DNA of 51,506 nucleotides, from positions 1 through 51,506 of the forward strand of contig CAZIJG010000006.1 of assembly GCA_964539545.1 (NCBI GenBank), in the 5' to 3' direction. The position numbers were made by a program, and so were the translations under genes. Under the pieces are notes generated by a model, which did not search any database, was not told where the DNA came from, and worked only from the letters and a program-made list of their open reading frames with translations. The stretch is from an uncultured Gammaproteobacteria bacterium. GTDB taxonomy: Bacteria; Patescibacteriota; Patescibacteriia; Patescibacteriales; UBA12465. This document shows positions 39,200 to 48,116 of this stretch, piece after piece (the first letter of the stretch is position 1; the number at the start of each line of letters is the position of its first letter).

Positions 39200-40370
39200 A
39201 CTTTTTATTCTTTAATTTATCTGGTAAATAATCTTGATCACTACTATCTTCTAGGGGAGTATATTTATATCCTTTACTATACCCTAAATCTTTCATTAAA
39301 CTAGTTGGGGCATTTCTAATATGTAATGGTACCGGTAAATTACCACTCTTTTCTACCTCTTCCTTCACTTTACTATAAGCCAGATATGCTTGAACACTTT
39401 TTTTAGATTTAGCTAAATAGATCACTGCGTGAGCTAAATGCACTTTGCATTCTGGCAGACCAATCTTTTGACAAGCTTCAAAAGCAGCATTAGCTAATAA
39501 CAAAGCTGTGTTATTGGCTAAACCAATATCTTCACTAGCAAATCGAACTAATCTTCTAGCTACATAGATAGGATCTTCTCCGCCCTCTAATAATCTAGCT
39601 AACCAATAGAGAGAAGCATCGGGATCATTACCACGCATTGACTTATGCAAGGCAGAAATTAAATTATAGTGCTCTTCTCCGCTCTTATCATGAAATACAT
39701 GTGGCCGGTTCAAAACTTCTTTAACTAAATCAATATTAATAACCTCCGAACGACTGCGCGCTTTCTCTAAAATATTTAAAGCCTGACGAGCGTCACCATT
39801 AGCTAACCTAACTATTAATGACAGCGCTTTGGCTTCAACTTTAGCAGCTAATTTCTTAGCTGCTTTTTTAATAATAGATTTCAAATCTAATTCACTCAAC
39901 CTCTCTAATACCACCACTTGTGCTCTAGACAATAACGCTGAGTTAATTTCAAAACTAGGATTTTCTGTAGTAGCTCCAATTAAAATAATAACCCCATTTT
40001 CTACTTGGGGTAATAGAGCGTCTTGCTGGGCTTTGTTCCAACGATGAATCTCATCGATAAACAAAATAGTTTTTTGGCCTAATCTCTGAATAGCTTGAGC
40101 TCCTTCGACCACTTGTCGCAAATCCTTAAGACCACTATTAACTGCGCTCAATTGCACAAATTTAGCTTTAGTCTCTGAGGCAATGATTAAAGCTAGGGTG
40201 GTTTTACCGCTACCTGGTGGGCCCCAAAGAATCATTGACGGTACCTGATCAGATTTAATAGCCTGAAATAAAAAACCGTCTTTACCAACTACTTTTTCTT
40301 GGCCAACAAATTCCTTAAAACTTTTAGGACGCAATCGGCTAGATAAAGGTTGGAAATATTGTTCAGTCAT
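39189..40370 (-). CDS. rarA: Replication-associated recombination protein A
   Basis: WGPPGSGKTT, DEIHR, ATTENPSF, ISALHKSMRG and VPLHIRNAPT motifs. Confidence 0.97.
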   Translation of the reverse strand: MTEQYFQPLSSRLRPKSFKEFVGQEKVVGKDGFLFQAIKSDQVPSMILWGPPGSGKTTLALIIASETKAKFVQLSAVNSGLKDLRQVVEGAQAIQRLGQKTILFIDEIHRWNKAQQDALLPQVENGVIILIGATTENPSFEINSALLSRAQVVVLERLSELDLKSIIKKAAKKLAAKVEAKALSLIVRLANGDARQALNILEKARSRSEVINIDLVKEVLNRPHVFHDKSGEEHYNLISALHKSMRGNDPDASLYWLARLLEGGEDPIYVARRLVRFASEDIGLANNTALLLANAAFEACQKIGLPECKVHLAHAVIYLAKSKKSVQAYLAYSKVKEEVEKSGNLPVPLHIRNAPTSLMKDLGYSKGYKYTPLEDSSDQDYLPDKLKNKKFID

Positions 40371-41176
40371 TATGGTAAATTTATATGTTCTACTTTAGAA
40401 ATTTTACGACCTAAGAATCTCTCGCCCATTACTTTAAAATTACTCGCTTTATCAGTAGTGTAAAATTTGATAATAGATTTTTTCTTAGTAGCTAACTTAA
40501 TTTCTAGATGACGACCTAAATAATCTTTTAAACTAGCGGAAACTACGTGTCCCGGATCATAAACCAAACAACTCTTGCCCATAATCCTTCTAATCTCTTT
40601 CAATAAAAATGGATAGTGAGTACAAGCCAAAATCAGGGCCTTTACCTGCTTCATTTTTAATGATCTTAAATATTTCTTTAAAATCATTTTAGTTTCCGGT
40701 TTTCCTAACCAATTTTCTTCAATCAAAGACACTAATAACGGAGTAGCTTTCTCTATAACCTGAATCTTAGAATTTAACTTTTTTATTTCTTTTTTGTACA
40801 CTCCTGAAGAAATAGTGGCAGCAGTACCAATTACTCCTATCTTAGAAAAATTATCTTGAACTGCTTGCTCAGCCAGGGGCCTAATAACGCCTAAAATTTT
40901 CTTACCAGGATATTTTTTTGGCAAATCTTCCGTCTGAATTTTTCTCAAAGCCTGACTAGAAGCGCTATTGCAAGCGAAAATAATAAGTTCACATCCCTGA
41001 GAAAACAAAAAATCCACTGCTTGAACGCTGTATTGATAAATTAAATCAGGAGATTTGCTGCCGTAGGGAACACGGGCATTATCACCTAAATAAATGTAAT
41101 CATATTGGGGCAAATCATTTAAAAAATGCTTTAGGATAGTTAATCCTCCCAAACCTGAATCAAAAACTCCTATCAT
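40370..41176 (-). CDS. murI: Glutamate racemase
   Basis: FDSGLGG, PYG, ACNSAS and LACTHYP motifs. Confidence 0.97.
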   Translation of the reverse strand: MIGVFDSGLGGLTILKHFLNDLPQYDYIYLGDNARVPYGSKSPDLIYQYSVQAVDFLFSQGCELIIFACNSASSQALRKIQTEDLPKKYPGKKILGVIRPLAEQAVQDNFSKIGVIGTAATISSGVYKKEIKKLNSKIQVIEKATPLLVSLIEENWLGKPETKMILKKYLRSLKMKQVKALILACTHYPFLLKEIRRIMGKSCLVYDPGHVVSASLKDYLGRHLEIKLATKKKSIIKFYTTDKASNFKVMGERFLGRKISKVEHINLP

Positions 41177-41178
41177 AA

Positions 41179-41463
41179 TTAATTGCTAAAAACTTGTAAT
41201 AATTGACGACAGTATTCATATTGATCAAAATCACCACTCTGTTGGCTAACTAAGTCACCGCAGCGAGTTGTTTCTTGCTCCAAGATTTCTAGTTGCTGAA
41301 TATTAGCTGCTATAGCTTGCTGTTTCTGTGATTGGTTAGAAAATAATGACCAACCAACAAGAATAAGAATAACAATAATAATAGTTTCGATTAAAATAAA
41401 CTTAGATTTCACAGATTTTTTCTTCTGTGGCTCTAAATCATTGTTGTTTAGAATATTATCCAT
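41179..41463 (-). CDS. Small membrane-anchored hypothetical protein
   Basis: 94 aa; one TM and a helical periplasmic part with two Cys. Confidence 0.7.
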   Translation of the reverse strand: MDNILNNNDLEPQKKKSVKSKFILIETIIIVILILVGWSLFSNQSQKQQAIAANIQQLEILEQETTRCGDLVSQQSGDFDQYEYCRQLLQVFSN

Positions 41464-41514
41464 ATTTTTGTTTAATTATAAGCTCTTTTAATATTATATC
41501 GACAAAGCCAGTAA

Positions 41515-41562
41515 TTGACAAGAAACATTTTTAAAGATATATTAATCTATTGTTCATTTAAA
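41515..41562 (+). promoter_or_regulatory. Sigma70 promoter plus TGTTCATTTAAA motif
   Basis: TTGACA-17-TATATT-7 nt-TGTTCATTTAAA. Confidence 0.7.
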
Positions 41563-41571
41563 TCAGCAAAC

Positions 41572-41886
41572 ATGAAATTAGGAAAACGATCATCGCCATG
41601 TGCGGAAATTGCAGTAACAAGAATACTGAAAAAGAATTTTGAAAAAAGTTCTTTAATATTGATGCATTACATTTTTGTAATGCTTACTCAACTTTTAAAA
41701 GCTGAAAAGTATATTTTATTGATAAAAGGTGATGATATATTTCTAAGAATATATGTCACATCAGAAATAACTATCGATAGCTGCTTCGTCAAAGCAAAAG
41801 ACATAGATGTAACAATTGTTTATCTAATTACAGAATCGATCTTTGCTAATGACGACATAGAAAAAATTATTAACAGAGATTGTTAA
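41572..41886 (+). CDS. Hypothetical protein
   Basis: 104 aa from ATG 41572 (the track's TTG start is the -35 box); has its own terminator. Confidence 0.6.
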   Translation: MKLGKRSSPCAEIAVTRILKKNFEKSSLILMHYIFVMLTQLLKAEKYILLIKGDDIFLRIYVTSEITIDSCFVKAKDIDVTIVYLITESIFANDDIEKIINRDC

Positions 41887-41898
41887 TATCAAAATAGT

Positions 41899-41927
41899 AA
41901 AAACCTTGAACTAATCAAGGTTTTTTT
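41899..41927. terminator. Bidirectional terminator
   Basis: AAAAACCTTGA-actaa-TCAAGGTTTTT. Confidence 0.8.
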
Positions 41928-41939
41928 ATTTTATAAGCT

Positions 41940-43046
41940 TTATTTAAGTTTTTTTATACTAAACCAACTAGCCGCCACAAAAGTAGCCAGAGGCACGGCC
42001 AAAATTAATCCAATACTACCTACTAAAGTTCTAACTAATTCTGAAGCTATTAGTTCTGTGTTGACTATTTGCTGCCAATTCGACAACGGACTATGGCCAG
42101 ACACAAACATAATTAGCAAAGGTAAGGAAACACCGGCATAGGCTAAAAATAAAGTATTAGTCATGGAGGATATATGGGATGTTCCCACGTTATAAGCTCG
42201 TTTGAACAGTTCTCGTTTTCCTAAACTAGGGTTACTCTTAGCAATTTCTTCCACTGCCACTACTTGAGAAATTACTACATCATCTAGAAGTCCTAAAGCG
42301 CCAATAATTATTCCTGCTAATAATAGCCCTTGTAGATTAAGAGTCACTCCATCTAGACTAAACAGGAACAACATATCTTCGCCGGCCGCTCCAGTTAACT
42401 TGGTAACAGAAACAAATAGCCAAGATAGAAAAACTGTAATAATTAAAGTAAAAAAAATAGTAACAATAGACAGATGGGATCTAGGTTTAAAACCTTCCGT
42501 CAAATAAATAGCTACTAACAGAATTACAAAGGATCCTAATACTGTTACCATGAGCGGATTTGCCCCCTGTAATATCTGAGGAATAATGTATTTAACAATA
42601 ACAATGAAACTAATCCCTAGACCAATAAATGATCTCAGACCCTTGCCTCTACCTACTAATAACAAAACAAGAAAAAACAGAGCTACTAGCCACCATAATT
42701 GAGTTAGGCGCACATACTCTGTCACATAAAAATACATCTCATCACCAACACCAGGACTAGCCGCCACTAAAACCTTATCTCCAACTTTATAGGTCTGATG
42801 ATTTAGAACCTCCAAATTATCTATGCCGTTAAATATGATCTCTTCGCCAGCAAACTCTTCATCCAATCCCTGCAGCCTAAGCATTTGTTTAGTATCAGAA
42901 GCACCATCGGGAAATACGACGTCCTGTTCTTCTAATATCTCTAATACCTTGGCGGTAAAGATGGTATCTTTATTTTCGCTAGCTTGAACACTGGTAGCAA
43001 AAAATAAAGATATTAAGATGAAAAATAGTAAAACTTTCTTCAGCAT
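41940..43046 (-). CDS. YibE/F family membrane protein
   Basis: GIIIGALGLLDD and MTNTLFLAYAG motifs. Confidence 0.92.
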   Translation of the reverse strand: MLKKVLLFFILISLFFATSVQASENKDTIFTAKVLEILEEQDVVFPDGASDTKQMLRLQGLDEEFAGEEIIFNGIDNLEVLNHQTYKVGDKVLVAASPGVGDEMYFYVTEYVRLTQLWWLVALFFLVLLLVGRGKGLRSFIGLGISFIVIVKYIIPQILQGANPLMVTVLGSFVILLVAIYLTEGFKPRSHLSIVTIFFTLIITVFLSWLFVSVTKLTGAAGEDMLFLFSLDGVTLNLQGLLLAGIIIGALGLLDDVVISQVVAVEEIAKSNPSLGKRELFKRAYNVGTSHISSMTNTLFLAYAGVSLPLLIMFVSGHSPLSNWQQIVNTELIASELVRTLVGSIGLILAVPLATFVAASWFSIKKLK

Positions 43047-43050
43047 TTAA

Positions 43051-43593
43051 TTAATCTTCAATATTCATAATGTAATAAATCCTTTTATCTAACTTATCAT
43101 AGACTTCAATTATAGGCCCTCGCACATAGCCCTTCTCTTCAATATACCTTGTTAACGGAGGATAAATTTTGTAAATACCTAAAAGAATAGAAATTTTATT
43201 CCTATAGGAAAATTCGGTAATTACGCTATTAGCTAAGGGAACATGCTTAACTGAATAATTATTTTCTACATCAGCTAATCTTTTATAATCTTCTCTCTCA
43301 ACAATCATCCCTATTTGACTATACAATTTTTCGGTGACCACTTCCTTTGGATTATCATAATAGATGCCGATTCCTCTCACAGCCTGAATACCATCAATAA
43401 ACAATCTTTGGTATAGACTATCCATAACTGGTCCGGTCTTTTTATAATCTCCGATATAATCCTCATACACTATAAAATAGGGCCCGGTGTTCCCCTCTGT
43501 TATTTGCACAGGAGAGAAAAATCCTTCCTGCCACAAAAAACCAAGAACTAAGATAATGATGATAAATAAAATGCTAAAAAAAACTTTTTTCAT
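43051..43593 (-). CDS. GyrI-like small-molecule-binding domain protein, membrane-anchored
   Basis: N-terminal TM; GDY, GIYYDNP and IEVY motifs. Confidence 0.8.
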   Translation of the reverse strand: MKKVFFSILFIIIILVLGFLWQEGFFSPVQITEGNTGPYFIVYEDYIGDYKKTGPVMDSLYQRLFIDGIQAVRGIGIYYDNPKEVVTEKLYSQIGMIVEREDYKRLADVENNYSVKHVPLANSVITEFSYRNKISILLGIYKIYPPLTRYIEEKGYVRGPIIEVYDKLDKRIYYIMNIED

Positions 43594-43691
43594 AGTTTTA
43601 AAATTAAATATTCTACTCTAATATTACCTTATTTTATTAAAATAACGAAATAAAAAAACCTAATATCAAACTACGCTTTTTTTATTAACAA

Positions 43692-45233
43692 TTAGTTTAT
43701 TTGTAATAACTCATCAACAATTTTGCGATTATTAGATAATCTAGGAACTTTACATTGACCACCTAAACGATTTTGCTTTTCCAGCCAATCATAGAAGAGG
43801 TTATCTCGAGCTACTACTAACTTTAGCCTAGTCAAAACCTTATCTTTATATCTCTTGGCCTCATAATCTGAATTAACTTTCTTTAATTCACTATCTAGTA
43901 CTTCAGCAAAATTTTCTACATCCTGAGGAGCCTTTTCAAACTCAATTATCCATTGATGAGCCCCCTGAGTATTATTTGTCATATAGACTGGAGCAGCAGT
44001 ATAATCCTTTATCACTGTATTCAATTGTTTACAGGTCTCTTCCATGGCTTTATCAGCATTCTCTACAATCAGCTCTTCACCAAAGGCATTAATAAAACTC
44101 TTAACACGCCCACTAACTACTATTCTATGGGGATACAAACTAGTAAACTTAATTGTATCGCCAACCGCGTATCTCCATAAGCCGGCATTAGTGGAAATTA
44201 TTAATGCATAATTAACATCTAGCTCTACTTGATCAATCATTAAAGTCTGAGGTTTATCTTTATCTAATTCTTCTAACGACATAAATTCATAAAATACGCC
44301 ACTATCTAAAGATAATAACATATCATTTCTATTTAAATCATCTTGAAAAGCAAAAAATCCTTCGGAAGCATTATATGCCTCTAAGTAGTCTACGATGTCA
44401 GTAGGTATAATTTTTTTAAATTGTTCCTTGTAAGGAGAAAAATTTACCCCGCCATGTATAAATAATTCTAAATTTGGCCAAACCTCTAATAAGTTGTCTG
44501 TACCGGTCATATCTAAAATCTTCCTAGACAATACCAACATCCAAGATGGCACCCCAGATAAACTAATTATATTTTTTTTAATAATAATCTCCGAAATCTT
44601 TTGTAATTTCTCTTCCCATTCACTCATACAAGCCACTTTAAGTCTCGGCACCCTTCTAGCTTGAGCCCAAACTGGCAACTTGTTCATGATAAGCGCAGAC
44701 ACATCACCAATAAACTTATCTTTTCCTAATTCTTGATTTTGACGACTGCCTCCTAAGCTAAAACTGCTTCCTATAAAAAACTTTGAATTTGGCCTTTGCT
44801 TAAAATACATGGCTAACATATCTTTACCGGCCTGAAAATGACACTCTTTCAAAGCTTCTTTAGTGACTGGTATGAATTTACTCTTAGAGCTGGTGGTTCC
44901 GGACGATTTAGCAAAGTTCTTAGTTTTTCCAGGCCACAAAAGGTTAGTTTCTCCACTTATCAACCTTTTAATATAGGGCTCTAAACTTTCATAGTTATTT
45001 ACTGGAACAGTATCGATAAAATTTTTAAAACTTTTTATTTCATTATAATTATATTTTTTTCCCCATTCAGTATTCTTAGCTCGCAAAATAAGAGAATTAA
45101 AAACTCGCCTCTGTATTTCAAGGGGATTTTTTTTATAAGCCTCTACTGCTTCTAATCTTTTAGAAACTGCTAACAAAGCTATTTTTCTTAACCTTTTAGC
45201 ACGATATTGTGCCAATAAATTAGTTCTCTTCAT
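43692..45233 (-). CDS. GH3 (auxin-responsive) family acyl-adenylate ligase
   Basis: AKSSGTT, YNASEGF, GLWRY.VGD and KVPRL. Start moved to MKRTN. Confidence 0.93.
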   Translation of the reverse strand: MKRTNLLAQYRAKRLRKIALLAVSKRLEAVEAYKKNPLEIQRRVFNSLILRAKNTEWGKKYNYNEIKSFKNFIDTVPVNNYESLEPYIKRLISGETNLLWPGKTKNFAKSSGTTSSKSKFIPVTKEALKECHFQAGKDMLAMYFKQRPNSKFFIGSSFSLGGSRQNQELGKDKFIGDVSALIMNKLPVWAQARRVPRLKVACMSEWEEKLQKISEIIIKKNIISLSGVPSWMLVLSRKILDMTGTDNLLEVWPNLELFIHGGVNFSPYKEQFKKIIPTDIVDYLEAYNASEGFFAFQDDLNRNDMLLSLDSGVFYEFMSLEELDKDKPQTLMIDQVELDVNYALIISTNAGLWRYAVGDTIKFTSLYPHRIVVSGRVKSFINAFGEELIVENADKAMEETCKQLNTVIKDYTAAPVYMTNNTQGAHQWIIEFEKAPQDVENFAEVLDSELKKVNSDYEAKRYKDKVLTRLKLVVARDNLFYDWLEKQNRLGGQCKVPRLSNNRKIVDELLQIN

Positions 45234-45292
45234 ATACAATGTTGAAAAAAACATAGCATCGAACTATGTTTTCGACAAGTAAGGAATTTATG

Positions 45293-45622
45293 TTATTTAG
45301 TTTCAATCAAAATAATTTTATCTTTAAAACTGCCTCTCTGGTGATTTTTCTCTTCCCTAACAACGTCAATATCTTGCCAAGTCAGATCAAGAGTTGAAAT
45401 CAAATTATCCAACACCTCGACCACATCCGCAATCTCTTTTTTTAGTTTTTCAATATTAGTTTCTTGATTTAATTCCTTCGCTTCTTCAACCACCTTTTTC
45501 TTTAAGTACACCAAATACTCCTCTAAGTCTTTTGCGACTCTAATTACAGGCTCTACTCCCGCCTTTTTAATAATATCGGGAATCTTATCCCTAACTAATT
45601 TATCATATGATTTAACTGACAT
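45293..45622 (-). CDS. MazG-like nucleoside triphosphate pyrophosphohydrolase
   Basis: KLVRDKIP, EEAKE, EIADVVEV and RGSF motifs. Confidence 0.88.
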   Translation of the reverse strand: MSVKSYDKLVRDKIPDIIKKAGVEPVIRVAKDLEEYLVYLKKKVVEEAKELNQETNIEKLKKEIADVVEVLDNLISTLDLTWQDIDVVREEKNHQRGSFKDKIILIETK

Positions 45623-45647
45623 ATACGCATATTATATCATATATTAT

Positions 45648-45678
45648 AAAAAAGACGATCTCCAAGACCGTCTTTTTT
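45648..45678 (-). terminator. Intrinsic terminator
   Basis: AAAAAAGACG...CGTCTTTTTT. Confidence 0.75.
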
Positions 45679-45708
45679 ATATATATCTCCTCGCAACCAA
45701 ATCAATAT

Positions 45709-46119
45709 TTATTTGTTGATAAATTTATGCATAGACCCTCTCATTTGTCCCATGTTTTTACCTGGCTTCTCAATATCTAATTCTTCAAAAATTACCCTAG
45801 CTTTTTCCATATAATCATGAGCTTCTACAAATTTAGGAAAGTTTTCTTCATTAATTTTCTCCAATACCGGAGCTCTTTCATCCATGGTCGCTGCCCAAGC
45901 TGTATAATCCTCAGCTTCTAAAGCCGCTCTTACAACTTCCCTTCTAGCCTCTTTTTCAGCTATAAATTCGGCCTTATCCTCTGCAGTAAATTGCCTGTGG
46001 TTATCAAATGATCTATCTTGAGATGTATTACTATGGGCAGACACGCCTTGGCCAACGGTAATAACAGTGACTAAGGTAATTGCCATAGCTGCTCCGGCAA
46101 TAAAGTATGATTTCTTCAT
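45709..46119 (-). CDS. Secreted helical hypothetical protein
   Basis: Signal peptide (VSA/H), helical body and G/M-rich tail. Confidence 0.75.
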   Translation of the reverse strand: MKKSYFIAGAAMAITLVTVITVGQGVSAHSNTSQDRSFDNHRQFTAEDKAEFIAEKEARREVVRAALEAEDYTAWAATMDERAPVLEKINEENFPKFVEAHDYMEKARVIFEELDIEKPGKNMGQMRGSMHKFINK

Positions 46120-46168
46120 AATGTTTATATTTATTATTTAATTTATTAGAACGTTCTCTACTTAGTAA

Positions 46169-46194
46169 TACGCATTTAGAGCCATTTTCTTTCA
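46169..46194 (-). promoter_or_regulatory. ECF (SigW-like) promoter
   Basis: TGAAAG-16 bp-CGTA versus the SigW consensus TGAAAC-N16-CGTA. Confidence 0.6.
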
Positions 46195-46236
46195 AAACAA
46201 ATAACTCCAATAGATTAACCTGAGTCTCAGTAAAAT

Positions 46237-46266
46237 AAAAAAATACCGCTACAATGAGCGGTATTT
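46237..46266 (-). terminator. Intrinsic terminator
   Basis: AAATACCGCT-acaatg-AGCGGTATTT. Confidence 0.8.
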
Positions 46267-47523
46267 CTATAGTGCCAATAAATCTTTCTCAATGACTGCT
46301 CGCAACGATTGGGGATCCTTAAATTTTTTCACCTCTCTTATCTTTTTTATAACTTTAACATCCATTTCTGCTCCATAAATATCTTCTGAAAAATCTTTGA
46401 TTAAAACTTCCAGAGAAACTGACCCCTGAAAGATTTCTTTGAAACCGAAGTGCATTAACCCAGAATATTTCTGATCATTAACTTTTATGTTTACTACATA
46501 AACGCCATGCGGAATATCTAAATCTATTTTATCTAAATTGGCTGTGGGATGACCCATGCTCTTACCTCTGCCCTGACCATAAATAACTTTAGCTGTAAAT
46601 CTAACTTTATTTTTACCTAGAGCTGACACTTTAAAAAAAGCTACTAATAAAACCAAGAAGGCAATAATTTGAGTAGTATTTAAATAATTATGATTGAAGA
46701 CATAATCTAAGATTATAGCTGAGAAAGGCCAAAACAATTCTAAAATAGTAGTAGTTGAGGCAGATACTTTGCGTAAACCAAAATAATAAATAAACATAGC
46801 CCCTGCTCCACTGGTTAAAACAATTAATCCTAGCAACCACCACTGAGTACCAGTAATCAGATTAACCCTAAAGAAATCTCCAGTTATTAAAATTAAGCCA
46901 AATACGAGAACAGAGGTAACACCAAATCGTAGAGCGGTTACAGCTTTAAAATCTAAATGATTAGCAATTCTTTTGCCAAAAACCGTAGAAGAACCAAAAG
47001 CAAAAGCGGCTATTACAGCAAAGAAAGCTGCATTATGGAACCAGTCTATCTCTGCTAAATTCAATCCTGTTTTAGCAAAAGCGATGAAATAGCTAGCCAC
47101 TACAGCTATGGCAGCCCAAAGATAAAACTTTCTAGACAAACGTTCTTTCAAGACTAATCTAGCTAATAAAATAGCAAATATTGGTTGAAGTTTTTGTAAT
47201 ATAATTACTGTAGCAAAAGTAGTTTCACCACCAACTGCAGCAAAAAAAGCCTTGGTGATCATAATAGTTCCGATCATCCCACCAAAAACACTAATCCATA
47301 TAATTGCTCCCCAATTTCGCTTACTCAAAGTTTTAATCTTCCGCCAATTCAAAATTACAAAAGGACTTAAAATTACAAATCCTAAAAAATGTTCCCAAAA
47401 AACTACCAATGCAGCTGGTAACACATAGAAAGTTGGACGAATAAAAATGCCGTCAATACTCCAAAGTAAAGCGGCTAGGATAATAGCTAGTGATCCAATC
47501 AAAGTGTATCTATTTTTTATCAT
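46267..47523 (-). CDS. EamA/DMT transporter fused to riboflavin kinase
   Basis: About 10 TMs in residues 1-300; C-terminal GQGRGKSMGHPTANL, GVY, LEV, DIYG and IREVKKF. Confidence 0.9.
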   Translation of the reverse strand: MIKNRYTLIGSLAIILAALLWSIDGIFIRPTFYVLPAALVVFWEHFLGFVILSPFVILNWRKIKTLSKRNWGAIIWISVFGGMIGTIMITKAFFAAVGGETTFATVIILQKLQPIFAILLARLVLKERLSRKFYLWAAIAVVASYFIAFAKTGLNLAEIDWFHNAAFFAVIAAFAFGSSTVFGKRIANHLDFKAVTALRFGVTSVLVFGLILITGDFFRVNLITGTQWWLLGLIVLTSGAGAMFIYYFGLRKVSASTTTILELFWPFSAIILDYVFNHNYLNTTQIIAFLVLLVAFFKVSALGKNKVRFTAKVIYGQGRGKSMGHPTANLDKIDLDIPHGVYVVNIKVNDQKYSGLMHFGFKEIFQGSVSLEVLIKDFSEDIYGAEMDVKVIKKIREVKKFKDPQSLRAVIEKDLLAL

Positions 47524-47581
47524 GCTCCAATTATACTTGAACTAACCGCAAAGAACAATGCTTATGCTATAATCTAGTTAT
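47524..47581. promoter_or_regulatory. Divergent -10 promoters, leaderless or near-leaderless
   Basis: Minus: TATAAT-6 nt-ATG. Plus: TGcTATAAT-8 nt-ATG. Confidence 0.65.
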
Positions 47582-48079
47582 ATGCAAATTCCAAAACGAA
47601 AATTAGGCAATCGCCCTCCAACAAAGGCTGATCCATATTTAACTCAAGAAAAAATTAACGAACTAGAGATTAAATTAAAGAGAATGAGAAACAAGCAGCC
47701 ACAATTAGCTGCTGAAGTAAAAATACTGGCATCAGATGGTGATTTCTCTGAAAACGCCGGCTATCAGTTAGCAAAGGGGCATCTTCGAGGATTGAATCAA
47801 AGGATATTAGATACTGAAAATCAATTAAAATCAGCTATTGTTATCGTACCTCAAAATAATAACTCTCTGGTGCAAGTTGGTAATACGATTGACGTGGAAC
47901 TAAGAGGGAAACGAAAAACATTCACCATATTAGGATCCGCTGAAACCAACCCCCTCCAAGGAGTTATATCTCGTAACTCGCCCATCGGGTCTGCAATCCT
48001 TAATAAAAAAGTTGGAGATATAGCAAAGATAAAACTCGGCGATAAAGAAGCTGAATATAGAATAATAAAAATACACTGA
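47582..48079 (+). CDS. greA: GreA/GreB family elongation factor
   Basis: GDFSENAGY and ISRNSPIGSAIL motifs. Confidence 0.9.
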   Translation: MQIPKRKLGNRPPTKADPYLTQEKINELEIKLKRMRNKQPQLAAEVKILASDGDFSENAGYQLAKGHLRGLNQRILDTENQLKSAIVIVPQNNNSLVQVGNTIDVELRGKRKTFTILGSAETNPLQGVISRNSPIGSAILNKKVGDIAKIKLGDKEAEYRIIKIH

Positions 48080-48094
48080 TAACAGTGTATTTTT
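48067..48094. terminator. Bidirectional terminator
   Basis: AAAATACACTG-ataa-CAGTGTATTTT. Confidence 0.8.
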
Positions 48095-48116
48095 ATATAT
48101 AGAATGCTTGAATAAT

